Assembly: GCA_002104905.1 (NCBI GenBank)
Contig: MCFE01000130.1
Span: 95,857-159,856, forward strand
Direction of reading: 5' to 3'
Length of the DNA stretch: 64,000 bases
DNA from: Basidiobolus meristosporus CBS 931.73
Taxonomy: Eukaryota > Fungi > Basidiobolomycota
Shown: one piece after another, positions 1 through 12,748 of the stretch
Layout: each line of letters opens with the position of its first letter
Position numbering within the stretch: position 1 is the stretch's first letter
Notes under the pieces: generated by a model
Told to the model about the DNA's origin: nothing
Database searches by the model: none
What the model saw: the letters and a program-made list of their open reading frames with translations, nothing else
Translations under genes and position numbers: made by a program

Positions 1-269
1 ATAATGATATTACACAGGTTCAGAAACGAAATTTATAACATTTACGACCAAAAATTCTCGGAAAACTCTAGGCTAACCACTTGAAAGGATAGTATTGACG
101 GGTATGAACCAGTTTGGTATTTAGGAGCATATGACGTAATATGGGCAAGGTATCAGAATTTGATTTTTCAGTCTCACATGATTCGGGATCCTAGAAATTT
201 TTACTTTCAATATGAAAATGCTTTCAGCGCGAAGTTGGTCCAAAAATTTCATACTAAGAAACCGACATT

Positions 270-578
270 ATGACCTCTGGAACGAAAGTAGCGGATATTA
301 TCCATAGAACCGCTGTGCTCTGCTTGGCTGGATTCACTGGTACACTTCCCGTCATAGCCTGTTCAGCATTTCAGCTAGCTAATATTTCTTAACCCTTAAG
401 TTTACGGAATTATCGGCAATGGTGTGATGTTGAATAGAAACATTGAGCGTAAGCGCGAGAGAGCTGCGCAACAAAACGTAAGTTGACCCTTATGGGAATG
501 GCCTTCTTCTCCTACCAAGCTGCCTACTAATGGGCAAATGCTCTACCTTAGCAACAGGGCTCCAGCGATTCTAGCTAA
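270..578 (+). CDS. COX14: Cytochrome c oxidase assembly protein COX14-like (3 exons: 270-339, 401-477, 552-578)
   Basis: Manual splicing with GT-AG introns (branch sites gctaat, actaat) gives MTSGTKVADIIHRTAVLCLAGFTVYGIIGNGVMLNRNIERKRERAAQQNQQGSSDSS*. It resembles the COX14 pattern (..G..(L/V)AD...(K/R)T......TVYG, one TM helix, basic tail). Too short for the ORF track. Confidence 0.65.
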
Positions 579-594
579 ATCTACTCGGTCGAGA

Positions 595-1560
595 CTATCC
601 GCTGGGAAGCGACGGGAGAATATTGACCAACATTAAGCATTCACTTACCCATACTCCACACAGTATGGTTTACCAATGTTCGGTCCCATTTCTACACTGC
701 TTTTCCAGGGCTATTACAAAGCCCAAACCATCATTAAAAAAGATGTTTTCAATCAATAAGATATATCGGTGCCCAGCAAGCTTGGAACTTGTTTGGCATA
801 AATAGTGGCTATTCATTTAGTGTTCACTACCAAAGCTCGGGCTGTGAGGTATGGGTGGAGACCAATAGTAACGAAGTAACCTAGTTGAGTTCCTGAACCT
901 TGATTAATATTCCCTGGGAATAATGCTGACTACATCGCACTGTTGGTGCCGATAAACCAGGCAGGAATACACCTACTCAACCTCCCAAGCCGCTCTACAT
1001 AGTTTAGACCACACAGCCAGACGCCCGTACCAATACGTAACCTCTCGGAAACATCTCATGGGGATGTATTTGAAAATCCCCCTGCCATGCAACCACTTTG
1101 TCCTATGATATCTAACAGCTACGGGCCAGATTCATGCATCGACGTGGGACTTTATCGTGTGTCATGTATCGGCACTGTGGGACTTTCTTTTCTTGGATAT
1201 GCTGGTGATTTACTACTATCTGATGAACAGCCTATTGAGGCTATCGACCACTCTAAATGATCAGCAACCTGCCATGAACCCTACGCTTGTGCTAGCGCCA
1301 TCAAGCGAACATTCCGGTCAGACCAGCAATGCTCTGCTGAGAATCAAGTTGTTGCTGAGGCCAGAAATTTGCACCACGCTCACAACGTCACCTCGACTTA
1401 CAAACATTCTTGCGACTGTGGGTAATATATTGAGTAAGACGTGGGAATTTTCGGTTCTCCAATACTGGTCAAATGATACATCTGAAATTTTTACTGTAAC
1501 TTGAATTTGGCAACCAATTGATTATCATGATATCTACATCCCACTGCTCAAGCATCCTTT
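595..1560 (-). CDS. Probable multi-exon gene of unknown product (boundaries approximate)
   Basis: Several minus-strand gtaagt/gtagct donors and yag acceptors with short open exons (e.g. YFVTIGLHPYLTARALPWKSSVEMGPNIGKPYCVEYGG*). I could not assemble one consistent frame. Confidence 0.3.
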
Positions 1561-1646
1561 TGAGCCTACTCTTCGAACCGTGTAATCAACCCCTCCTTTG
1601 GCTGTCACTATAGCTAACGACCACATCAACCTCTAGTTCTTGAAAA

Positions 1647-3613
1647 ATGCAAGCAGTTCTGAGAAATACTCGACCAGCTTTTCTCTCCAAGGCCTTCAGA
1701 AGGTATTGTTTTATCTCGCTGGTGCCACTGCTTTACCCGCTAAGTTGGTTCTAGTCTTTCCAAAGGCCCGTTATACACTACACAGAGCCGGTTCTTCGCT
1801 GAGGTAAGGAGGTGCCAAGTAAGCCCGCCCCATTCAGTGTCTTTGCTAAACCATGTTGGCAACCCATTAGCTAGCTAGAGGCTCCCACGCCGTTCAGTCA
1901 AACGAGAAGAAACTTCAGGTTGAATGGGCTGATGGCCAAACCAGCAACTTGTAATTCCCCTTTTGTTCATCTCTTCCCAACTCCTCGCACTAAGCCGAGA
2001 TATCTTTCCACAAGCCACCTCTTCTGGCTGCGTGACCACTGCCGTTGTCCTGCTTGCTTCCACGCAGTAACCAAGCAACGTCTCGTGGACACTTACCTGG
2101 TAAAAGAAAGAGAGAATCTATTTGCACATGGGGATTATCTAACTGGGTGACGCTAGATTCCTCAAGAGATCGCTGCCAAAAACATCAATCTGCAAGATAA
2201 CAAGGTTCAGATTCAATGTACGAATACACCCTGTATATAAACGTGGGGTGATTGCCAAGTGATCTAACGCACTGCCTATCTCCATTTCCAGGGTCACATC
2301 AGGACCATGTGAGTGAATACAGTCTTGAGTGGCTTAGGAATCATTCATACGATCCTAAGCTCAACGTCGAGGCCTCCTCTCGCAAGTAGTACACTTTCTT
2401 GATATTCACATTGCCACCCCATCGATTAAACAATGCATGTTTATCTGTCGCATTAGGAAAGTCGTCTGGGATCGCAGTATTGCCTCGAATCCACCCATCG
2501 TCCAGTACAATGAAGTACTCTTCCTTGCTTTAGTTCGTTTTGATCCCAAAAGATGACGCCTCCCATTTTCAGGTAATGAGCTCTAAAGAGGGTCTCCGAC
2601 AATGGCTGAATAATATTGTAAGTCAATCATTACGAATACACATAGGCACATTGGATTTCATGGCGTGTACAATAACAGCAGCTGAATTAGGATATCTACG
2701 GGTTCTCTTTCGTCGACAACGTACCCAAAAGCAAGGAGGTAACATGAAGGGAGGGGGCGCGAGTTGCGTGGGCATCGGTTAACTTCATGCATTGACTCTT
2801 GACAGCTTACTGAGGAGCTTGCCCGGAAGATTTGTTTCGTTCGTGAGACCCATTACGGTAAATACACAATTGAGTCCTTTCTGTATCCCAACTGTAGACC
2901 ATTCGCTAACCCCGGTTGTCGGCAACAGGTGGATTTTGGGACTTTACTGCCAACCTTGCCCACGGAGATACTGCGTACACCACTTTACCTTTGAATTGCC
3001 ACACCGATAATACTTACTTTACCGATCCTTCAGGGTGAGTTTCAATAGTAATGTTGCTTAGGCTGGTTCCCCGTAGTGTTGGTACTAACTATGAGACAGT
3101 CTTCAAATGTTCCACCTCCTTGAATTTGATGGCAAGGGTGGCGAATCCATATTTGTGGACGGACTGTCCGTAGCCCAGAAACTTCGTGAGCAGCAACCTG
3201 ATTCCTACGAGACGCTTTCCAAGATCCGAGTGGTCACGCATAGTGCTGGGGATGAAGAAGTCTTTATCAACCCTACACCAAGAGGATATCCCATCCTAAA
3301 CCACGACCCCATGACTGGAGAGCTCTATCAGATCCGCTTCAACAACGATGATCGCTCCACACTTGACTACTTGACCACAGAGGAGGTTGAGAAGTTCTAC
3401 AAGGCTCTGAGAGACTGGAACGACATACTCAGGCAACCTCAGAGTGAATATCAAATCCAGCTTGAGCCAGGCAGGGTAGTAGTGTTCAACAACTGGCGAG
3501 TGTTGCATGGTAGAACCTCATTCGTTGGCCATAGACGGCTGATTGGGTGCTATCTCAATTGGGATGATTACAATAGCAAATTGAAGGTTTTGAATGACGA
3601 AAAGCGAGTCTAA
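1647..3613 (+). CDS. TMLHE: Trimethyllysine dioxygenase (TauD/TfdA-like Fe(II)/2OG dioxygenase, first step of carnitine biosynthesis), multi-exon
   Basis: Exons give a mitochondrial-type leader (MQAVLRNTRPAFLSKAFR), the N-terminal zinc motif HLFWLRDHCRCPACFH, GGFWDFTANLAHGDTAYT, the iron-binding HTDNTYFTDPSGLQ, and the C-terminal FNNWRVLHGRTSFVGHRRLIGCYLNWDD. Confidence 0.92.
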
Positions 3614-4388
3614 ATGTATTCAATGTGACCGAATAGGCTTGCAACCCCATCATTAAACAATTCAAAACCGATGCAACCCAGGTCCCCTGCAGAGCTTTGT
3701 TTTGAACTTTATGTTTGGTTCTTGTTTCCATCTGATTAGATATGGTGGTCTTTGGTTGTTGCCAGCACAAGCGACAACGTGGAACAGTCCGCATGGCAGA
3801 TAACGTGTATGGTGGTGTGAGCCTTGAATTGAATTCAGCGCGGATAATTCAAACCAACTGCGACAACTGAGCATTCGCCCAAAACGGATCAGCCAAACAC
3901 CGGCGTAAATAGCGGTATTTTACGTATTCAGTTGAGCTACCCTTCATTTGATAAGATCGGTGAAGCAGGAATCTCTTGGGGGATCAAAACACGTGTACGT
4001 AAGTTCGCTGACGATGAAGGCTTATTAACCAAATTCACTCAAACATCACTTAATTATACTCCGTTAATAAATAAATCTCCTATATTACCCGGTTCTAGAA
4101 AGCCCTACTTAGCTTAGGGCTCAGAGGTGAAAGTATCTCGCATTTTCTGATTAAATTACTAAGATTCTCTGACCCTCAAAGTCAAAAGAACAGTGCTACC
4201 TCTACCGAAGGGTTGGAATTTCAGCCAACTTTACCTTGTCTCTTCTACTAAACAGTCTTTCACCTGCCACTCCAGTACTTCCTACCTAACCAACCTCAGA
4301 TCTATTGTAACCATACGAAGTGCGAATACAAGCTTGGGCCGAAAAGCTTCCACCTTTCTTACCCTCAACATTCAATCTTGCTAAAATA

Positions 4389-6899
4389 ATGCCCCTAAAG
4401 AACTCTGCTACTGTTTCCGTCAGTCATCCCTTGGACTTTGGTGTCGAGGTAAATCCGGAGAAGCCTACCGAGCCCGAGAAGGATTCCGTAGACAGCACAC
4501 ATTCAACTGATCCACCCTCACCAACTGCCTTAACGAAGCCAGATATTACTATAACAGCTGACAATAAACAGACGGTGCCCGAAAGTACCGCTGAAGCGGA
4601 AGCAGAAACGACATCCATCAAAACCACCGACTCTAACCGTAGTTTGCTAAACCTGGTTGAAAAGGCACAGAATTTTACCATAACCACAAACAGTGTGCCC
4701 ATTTCGAAGATCTTCCTTGAGACTCCCCTATCTAGCTTATTGAGCTCTCAATCGGTTGGCCAGGCCATATTAGAAACTCTAACCGACAACCCTTCCGAGT
4801 ATGAAGACATAATTGAACGCCTCGTTAACAAGAAGGTGAGTTCCCCGGCATTCTTGCCTATTGGGATTAGGATATCTACCCCGAGGGGAAACCTGGTTAC
4901 TAACTTCCAACGAATTCTATATTCGATTGTTTTCCAACAGGCTGTAATATTACTTCCCGAGTTACCTTCAATGAATTGGAGCGGTGCCAGCAATCTAAAC
5001 CGCAGAATCATCGAGGATCATGTAATCGTGGTGCAAAAATGGCAACGCGATAGTCCAATTACCACACTCAGCGGGTTGAAAGGATATGTACAGAAAGAGA
5101 AAGGGTTTCTGTTGGACCTGAATCTTCCAGATGTTGAAGAAGAGTTGTCTTCGGATAGCAGTGATACGCGACGGTAAGCAGCGTCTGTTCACCGCGGATT
5201 GGTGCTTGACTTAACCTCTCTGGCAATCAGATCGATCTTTGGGATTTTCAGCAAGCCTAAGAGAATGAACAAGTGTATCAATGTCCAAGTGCGTTACGCA
5301 AACATGTACGTTCCTTGGAATGACACATTCGTGGTGGTGTCGGTTATCGAGAATCCGATATCCCCAGAGTTCCAACACATCCTCCCTGACCCCCCAGCGG
5401 CTCACCCGGAAGATGAGAAGCCGATGGTATGGGACATTCTCACGAAAGAAATCAATAGGTAAGGAAGACGCCTCCTGCACGCGAAAGAGCAGTCGGTGAT
5501 TAACGCGATGTACTGGCAGGTTTATTCAGAAAATGCAGCTGAGAAGCAACATGTCCGTGCAGGAGTCGGTGGAGTCCTTCAGACGGTTTATCGAACGAAC
5601 CAGTAATACAATCGAAAATGACAACTTCTCCGAGGAAGATGCCGACTTGATGCTGGAGTGGGTTGAGCGTCTGTTGGCGTTGGAGCTATATCATATGTAA
5701 GGCCCAGCTTGAATGACCATTTTGAATCTAGATAGCAGCTGACATGATAGATGTGATCTAGCCTATTCTCTCCAGTATCGGCTGATGATCAGCTCAAAGA
5801 TCAAATGCTATCTTCTCGTATCGCTGCCCTCAACATTGCTGATCTGAAGCTAGATCACCTTGGCGTGTATGCCCAGGGGGAAGAGTATGAGCATCTAATG
5901 ATGATGGTGGAAGAGACCGGCATCGGTAAACAGAGAATTCCTCCACGTCGTGGCGTTCAGCACTAACCGAATGAATTGACTTTGCCGTGGCCAGAACTAC
6001 AGAAAATCGACAACATCAAGGCGCCAGCCGACAAGATACAGATTCTGGTGAATTGCCACCGCATCATTGTAAGTCCCAGATCCTCTCATTCTCCTCGCTA
6101 CGCATCTACTAACCTTATGCGTATATCATTTAGTCGGCCTCGTTAGATAAATACAATAAAGCTAGAGCATCAGAAGGAGAGAACCCGGTACCCTCCAGTG
6201 CAGATACCATCCTTCCATTGCTTATTTATACTGTGGTCAAATCAAACCCGCCTAATTATGTATCCAACCTCAGGTAACACCCAAACCTTGGAGCTGTCTT
6301 TGAACCAGGCTCTAACTCTCTCCCTAGATTCATCCAACGCTACCGCAACCCACTTAAAGCTACCCAGGAATATTCATACTGTCTGACTAACATGGTTTGT
6401 AGCCATTACCTTCTGATGCATCTTTACTAGACATACTCGGACCTAACTTTCAGGCTGGGACTTATACTAGATGGCAGTGATATCTTTTCTGGAGAACGTG
6501 GATATGGTATCCTTGGGGCTAGCATCGGAGGTGGAATCAAGGCAAGTACTTTGGCATAGCTGAATATGCTGAATGTTGGGGTTTTCATGACCCTTGCTAA
6601 CTGTGTGATTCCCCTTTTCTAGTGATAACTATCGAGTACTTTCATTGCCGCGCAACTTTGGCCCGTTGATGGTGGAGAAATCAGAAGCGGTAAGAGGCTT
6701 GGAGGAACGCAGGAACTCCATCACTGGTATCAAAGACGGGGTTGAACATAGCATGAAGGCGCTTTCGGATGTTGCTTCCAATACCGGGGTGGTGGTCGGT
6801 GATGGTGTTCGGGCGATAACTGGGGTAGCTACCAGCGCAGTTACCGGGGCGGTGGTGGGCGGCAGCACAAGAGCACTCTCTGGAATGGTGAACCTGTAA
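4389..6899 (+). CDS. VPS9-domain protein (Rab5-family GEF), multi-exon
   Basis: Low-complexity Ser/Thr-rich N-terminal exon, then spliced exons WVERLLALELYH, DQMLSSRIAALN, ELQKIDNIKAPADKIQILVNCHRI, ADTILPLLIYTVVKSNPPNYVSNL and YCLTN..AVISFLENV, which are typical VPS9 motifs. Confidence 0.85.
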
Positions 6900-6999
6900 A
6901 CAACTCTGCATGTAGTGATGAACAGCATGAGATGGTGTAGCTGATACTCGATTGGCGTTATTACAGGATGGGTAGATTCTTGTACAAGGAGTCGGCCCA

Positions 7000-7700
7000 G
7001 AAGTCCGCGTTCTCCGTTACCTCCAGCCAGCCTCTGGATGAGTCCATCGCAGCAGAAATGGCGTCAAGGTTCTTTTGTGCTACTCACTCTTGACCCAACC
7101 GATTTCCTCAACCTTTCTGATTTTAGATTGGAACCCGTTAATCTTGAGCGAACAGCCACCGGTACAAACTCGACCAACTCTAAGGTACATTGGCTCAATT
7201 TCCACCGGAAAGTCGGGGTTTTCTCAAGTTGGTTTCTTGCAACTCGTGTAGATTTCCTCGGTGGTAAATGTTGTAGAGCCACCTATCAAGAAGTTTATGG
7301 AATGCTCAGCTGACGAGCTACGAATCGGCGAAATCCAAGGTACACGAGAATCCTCCCTATGGAGCCGTTCGCATGTTTCTCTATTAACCACAATTTGCAT
7401 CCCACTGCCATAATGTAGAGCTACTTGAGGATTACAAGCGAATGGGTGCGCTGATTAACGAGCTGATCGACCTGCAAAAATAGAAGAGACACAGACCCCA
7501 GCAAATTTCCTAATCCTTGAGCAACATTTTTCCGACGGACCGCGCAATGGCGAACATGTTCGGGGACTTCATCGCATCTCCCACGTCGAGGAATTCTCTT
7601 CATACTTATCCACTCTCACTCACTCGCACTCACACTCACACTCACATTCTCACCCTCACCCCCACCCTTCTCGAACAAGTAGGATTTCTTTAGCACCATC
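7000..7700 (-). CDS. Probable short spliced gene of unknown product (boundaries approximate)
   Basis: Minus-strand splice-like sites and open segments (e.g. KNLDAISAAMDSSRGWLEVTENADFWADSLYKNLPIL*). No family recognised. Confidence 0.25.
7611..7665. repeat. Imperfect (CACTCA)n/(CA)-rich microsatellite
   Basis: cactctcactcactcgcactcacactcacactcacattctcaccctcaccccc read directly. Confidence 0.7.
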
Positions 7701-8152
7701 TCAACTGACTACGCTGCATCCATTAAAGTAACTGGAAGTAAACCTTTCCTATTTTTAATGTGGCCACTGCTATGGAATCCCCTACTAGGGAATCGCTGTA
7801 ACATAGCTTAAACCTATTCGTCCAATAAAGATACGTCTAGGCTTATCTACTTCAGTCCACAATGCCCATTATCGCCAAGGACAGCTGTGTTTTGTGTGTG
7901 GCCGGAATCAGCTGGCTCGACAGAATAAGGGTAACGAGCGGGGCTTGAATATGGTTTCAGTGGCTTTATTTGATCTAAGTGATCGTCACATGGGAAGTTG
8001 ATCATGAATGTAAGACTGTCTACGAATTGCTGGTGAGTCGTGTCTGGTTCTGATGGAGCCTTGGATGGAATGCTTGGAGCAATGGGGGGGATTCTGAAGG
8101 GGTGTACATTATTACAAAAATCACGAAATGGAAACAAGGGGATGCTGACGGT

Positions 8153-8992
8153 TCATGGGCAGTTCCAACGAAGGTCCAATCCATCTAGCCACACGATCAG
8201 ACCCACCAGCCTTCTATTAATACAGTTATCGGTGAGCAGCAAATTTTTGTATTCGGAGTCGTCCATGTGTTTCAGTGAGTCCATTCCAGAGAGGGAATGA
8301 AGTCTGTTGCGAGTGGCCTCGCTCACAAGGGAGAGGTACATGGAGTACACGCTGAAGGTCAGCAGAATCGCAATCACGATGTCCACTGTATAGTGCATTC
8401 TTGTGGCTACAATGGTGAATATCCCAACGGTGCAATGGAATATGGAATACAGCTTCACCCAGGCGTTCTTTCCATAAACCTGCCACATCAACATGGAGGA
8501 GACCAGAATCATCGTATGTCCAGAGAAGATGTTATCTGAGCAAGTCTTCTGCACCCCAAACATCAGCAGACAACCATTCCACAGGAACTCCCTGAAGCTC
8601 TGGCTGACTATAGGCTCACACCCTCTTGGACAAGGGAGAGTGGTCACTATGATGGTTATCGAGCGGAGCAGGTACAGCGTGCCTGTCAGCCAGCAAAACC
8701 GCCTTAGAATCACAATACCATCCGACCAGGTTTTGGTAGAGAGGAGAATGGAAAGTAAGGTGAATGTGGCAAGCGATACCACAAATGCATCTGGTATCCA
8801 TTCGTGACGCAACGACGGCGTCGTAGAGAAACCCAGATCCACCAGTGGCTCTTTCGTGGTGGACCCTATCCAGCGTTGGTCAGACAATTGTTGTATTAGC
8901 AGCATGTGATAAATAACGACCGACATATAAAGAAAGGAATATCCGAATCGGGTGAACTCTTCACGGTAAGATCGTACTACCTGTACGTTCAT
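8153..8992 (-). CDS. Sphingomyelin synthase family (PAP2 C-terminal domain) membrane protein; 5' end may extend upstream
   Basis: 279-aa ORF with several hydrophobic helices and the SMS motifs LRSITIIVTTLP, CSDNIFSGHT and ATRMHYTVDIVIA (catalytic H, H, D present). Confidence 0.85.
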   Translation of the reverse strand: MNVQVVRSYREEFTRFGYSFLYMSVVIYHMLLIQQLSDQRWIGSTTKEPLVDLGFSTTPSLRHEWIPDAFVVSLATFTLLSILLSTKTWSDGIVILRRFCWLTGTLYLLRSITIIVTTLPCPRGCEPIVSQSFREFLWNGCLLMFGVQKTCSDNIFSGHTMILVSSMLMWQVYGKNAWVKLYSIFHCTVGIFTIVATRMHYTVDIVIAILLTFSVYSMYLSLVSEATRNRLHSLSGMDSLKHMDDSEYKNLLLTDNCINRRLVGLIVWLDGLDLRWNCP

Positions 8993-9659
8993 CGCGATAT
9001 CTATAGAGAGGCTACTGCGCTATGCTACTGGCAAAAGTTTGTACGCAAGGAAGTCGACCAGATGACTTTATCACCTTTGTCGATAGTTGCTGTGGTAATT
9101 TCTGACCTGTATTATGTACCAATGCCGGCGTGACCGCGGAGAGAAAAGCTTAGGTTAGAGTCACTGGTGGTGACAAGCAGTAGAGACCAAGGAATAGAGA
9201 TCAGGGCGAAGGTAAAGGGTAAGCAATGTCTACTGGAAAAGAGATGGACGGGACAGTTAAGAAGGGGATGGGTGAGCATGAGGATCCATTTTATTGCTCC
9301 AGTAGCGTACATCCGATGAACCGCTGGTCATGCTTTCATGGTGCTCTAACGGAATGTAGTCCTGCATTTGGATACACGAATTAATGGACCAAGGCACTCA
9401 GAGCCTGACTTTTGGCAATTGTGAATTCCGAAACAGCTCAACAATGAAATGATCCGGTCTCCACATCTGAGGCAGCCATTCATTGTCTTCGGTTGGGTCT
9501 ACGGAATAGTGGGCAACATTCTTGGTTTTCCCTTAATTGTGAATGTTAGAGGCTCCTAACCTGAAAAGGAACATAGCAAGGGGGCTGTTGAAGCATTGTG
9601 GATCATTAGCTCAGAAGAGCGACTCCCTTACTTATTTAAGAAACGCCCGGTGTCTTACC

Positions 9660-10900
9660 ACCTATTGATCAACACAATCTGCTGTTGTATGGATCATCGG
9701 GTGTAGGGTTGGGCCAAGCACAAGAGCGCCGGTCTCAAGTGTAGTTTTACTCTGATGAATGCGGCTGCATCGAACCGACCCTGTGGGATACCCTCCGAAA
9801 GAAGCCATTAGACTTGTGGCCATGGTAAAACAGCTGTCGATGAGGGAGTATAACGTAAACCCAAGTACAAAGCTCAACCTCTGGGACCAGCGCGCAAAAT
9901 CAGCTGGGAGCTTGTACTCTGCATTACAATACACTCAGATGACCTAATAATTCTATTGTTCCCTGCTGATCGTAAAAAGCATTATGAGCTCAATATCTGT
10001 ATGGTTGCTGGTTGCATCGGATGTATCCCTCGTCCAAATGCTTAGGATTGTATGCTATACGAGCGCATCTCGGGCCAATCAGCGCACGCGTTCCGTGATC
10101 AGGCTTCCGAAAAACGATAGGGCAGGGTTTATAGTATGTCTCTCTGTGACTGGCTGGATACATGCAGGAAATTAACACCCGTATCATTGATGCGCAAAGT
10201 ATCCCAATTGGAATCAGCGATGCATGCCAGTAGTGTGCAAACCTTTTTTACTCACAGACCTTGGATCTACATAGCATGATACTGATTTCTTCCAAGTTGA
10301 AAATGCTATGGATTCACCTGCTAGCCCATCACGGTGAATACAGATAGTCTGTAGATACTGTCATCTCAGATCCTATCACAACTTACAGCCTCCAGAAGTA
10401 TAATTAGGGATGCAAACCACACGAACACCTGTGCTGATCCATTGTGTACCCTTCGCAAAGCCTATGCCGAACCTCCTGAGAGGCAGCCTACAGATCTGCT
10501 TGATATACAAGCTGCTCGGTAGAGGATTTGACGAGCGGAGGCTCATGGCATTTCTAGTGACTAGAGTAGTCGTAAACCAAAGAAACCAGGCTACGAACCA
10601 TGAGAGCGTACGCCAATACTGCATTTCTACAGGTTTCTAGAAGTCGCCGCGAACCACCAGGCTCTGGCACACTGCCAGGAAATGTTATTGATAGGCCGAG
10701 GCTCTATGCAAAATGATCGATTTCCAAGGATCATCGGCTTTGATGGGTCTGGGTAGACTCCACGTACAATCTAGGCTTGCCGAGGTTTAGGGTTTTCATC
10801 AATGTTTTTCATGTTACAAGCCGGTGTTAATACTACATATCCAAGCCATTCATGGTGCCCCGTAATCAGTTTGGCGGGATCCATCAAGAGGTGGTGCTGA
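9660..10900 (-). CDS. Probable multi-exon gene of unknown product (boundaries approximate)
   Basis: Minus-strand donors (gtaagt near 10386, gtgagt near 10255, gtagta near 10836) flank short open exons including the hydrophobic VFVWFASLIILLEA. No consistent model or family obtained. Confidence 0.25.
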
Positions 10901-11386
10901 GATCTCGTAGTATTCAGGGTACGGGTTTGTTTAAGATCAGTGCTGGATGTACGCGATGCCCGGGAAATGCAGATGAATCAACAAAGGCAAAAAGGAAGAT
11001 TGGGATAATTCAAGGTCGCGAATTACCAGGATGCCAATGATAACCACTTGTCAAGGGTAATGCACGGGAAGGTAACGAATGTCACAGAGTTGAAATGATT
11101 TCCCCGATCCTATATGGCGGGGCAGCCTTTCTCCAATTCTCCTCAGCCTATATAACCAGGTGGCTGATACCTGTCAGATGCAAAATTTCTCAGCTTTCTC
11201 GATTCACATCTGGATTCTATAGCAGAAGGGCAAGGCTCTGCAAATTAGAGTGACTTTTCCCATAACCCATTGAAGTAAATTGAGTAGAGCGTACTCCTCG
11301 TTTCTGCTCAATCAATGTAAGCAGATAATCCTTCCTTCACGGGGCAATGTGCCATTTGCCTAATACAGCATTCCCAGTTTCTAGAC

Positions 11387-12748
11387 ATGAAAATCTCCCA
11401 TGCCCTCAAGTGCGTGGTTTGGTTAAAACTTCAAGGTGTGGCGACGGCCGTCTGTCACATTCCTTCGACCAAGCATTACGTTATACCAAAAACATCGGTT
11501 CCGCCTGTAATCGATGGGAGTTTGAATGATGATGTTTGGGAGAACGCGCCTTGGACGGATGAATTCACTGGCCTGCTAGACTCATTCTCTGGACTGGTGC
11601 CATCTTTAAATATGCGAACTAGAGCAAAGGTTAGAATCCACGAGTGTATTGTATAGCCTGGCCTCACTAATCGGGATTTCTGCTGTATGCCAGATGCTTT
11701 GGGATGACCAGAATATTTACGTTGGTGCACAAATGACAGATCCGATATTGTTTGCCAATGTCAGCAATCCCCTGGACTTAGGTAAGCATCCGTAGGTTTA
11801 TGCGTCTCGTATGGGATGGGCCTTTGAACTAAAGAGAAATAAGCAGAGCTCTACGATAATACCTTTGAAATATTCATTGATTTCGACCGAACCAACCACC
11901 ACTACAAACGAATTCAGATGAATCCCTTGGGTAACCATCGTACCCTCGAATACCCTAGACCTCCAGATGATGGAGGTTTGCCCAGTGGCTGGGATGCCTC
12001 ATCCAAAATTACATATGGTGTGTTCAACAGCACCCCCATCAACGTTATCCATGATGCCTTATCTCTGATCGACTCTGTCACGGAGACAAACAGCCAGTGG
12101 TCGGTCGAATGGGCCATTCCTATCAGTTTATTACGTAAGGCTAGGAAAAGGAGTGATACTGCCAACAGTGCCATGCCTTCGTTCGCAAACTTTCAGTTTA
12201 TGAGGTAAGTGAAGATATCAATGCAGTAGACCATATGCTAACAAGAGTGGTAAATTTAACCCTTTGACAGAGCCGGCTGGCCACCGGCGTCCATTCCACA
12301 CCCGCAAGAAGACCCCGGAGGGCTCAATAAGCGAGAGCTACTTTCATTACTGGAGCCCATTAATGAAGGGCCATTTCAACATGTGTGGTCTGTACTACAT
12401 GATAATACCACCAACACTGTGGACAATCCCGAATACTGGGGCACCATAGAGTTTTCTGACTCTGTGAAAGTGGACCCAGACCATCGGCTCAAGTCCGATC
12501 CACAGAAGACAGCTCGCCACGTCTTGATGGAAGTATACCACGCACAAAAGGCCTATTTTACCTCACACGGGCATTACACTGCCAGCCTGAGAGAATTACG
12601 CTCAAAGAGACACCGACTCTTTGGGTGTGGAAAAATTCCCCGAATCACTCTGTCTAATGATAGATTGCGGTATACCGCTAGTGTGAGGTCTGGAGAAAAG
12701 ATCGGGAAAGTCCGAGAAGACAGGCTCCTATGGTTTACGATGAGATAA
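11387..12748 (+). CDS. CBM9-like (DOMON-like) carbohydrate-binding family protein, 4 exons, possible N-terminal signal peptide
   Basis: Spliced product contains PPVIDGSLNDDVWENAPWTDEF, TRAKMLWDDQNIYVGAQMTDP, LYDNTFEIFIDFDRTNHHYKRIQMNPLG, WSVEWAIP, NFQFMRAGW, HVWS, NPEYWGTIEF and LMEVYHAQKAYFTSHGHY. This motif order matches bacterial 'carbohydrate-binding family 9-like' proteins. Confidence 0.75.

Noticed and set aside
1647-3613. Alternative call as gamma-butyrobetaine dioxygenase, or part of a carnitine gene cluster
   Set aside because: HTDNTYFTDP fits trimethyllysine dioxygenase better, and no other carnitine-pathway gene is adjacent.
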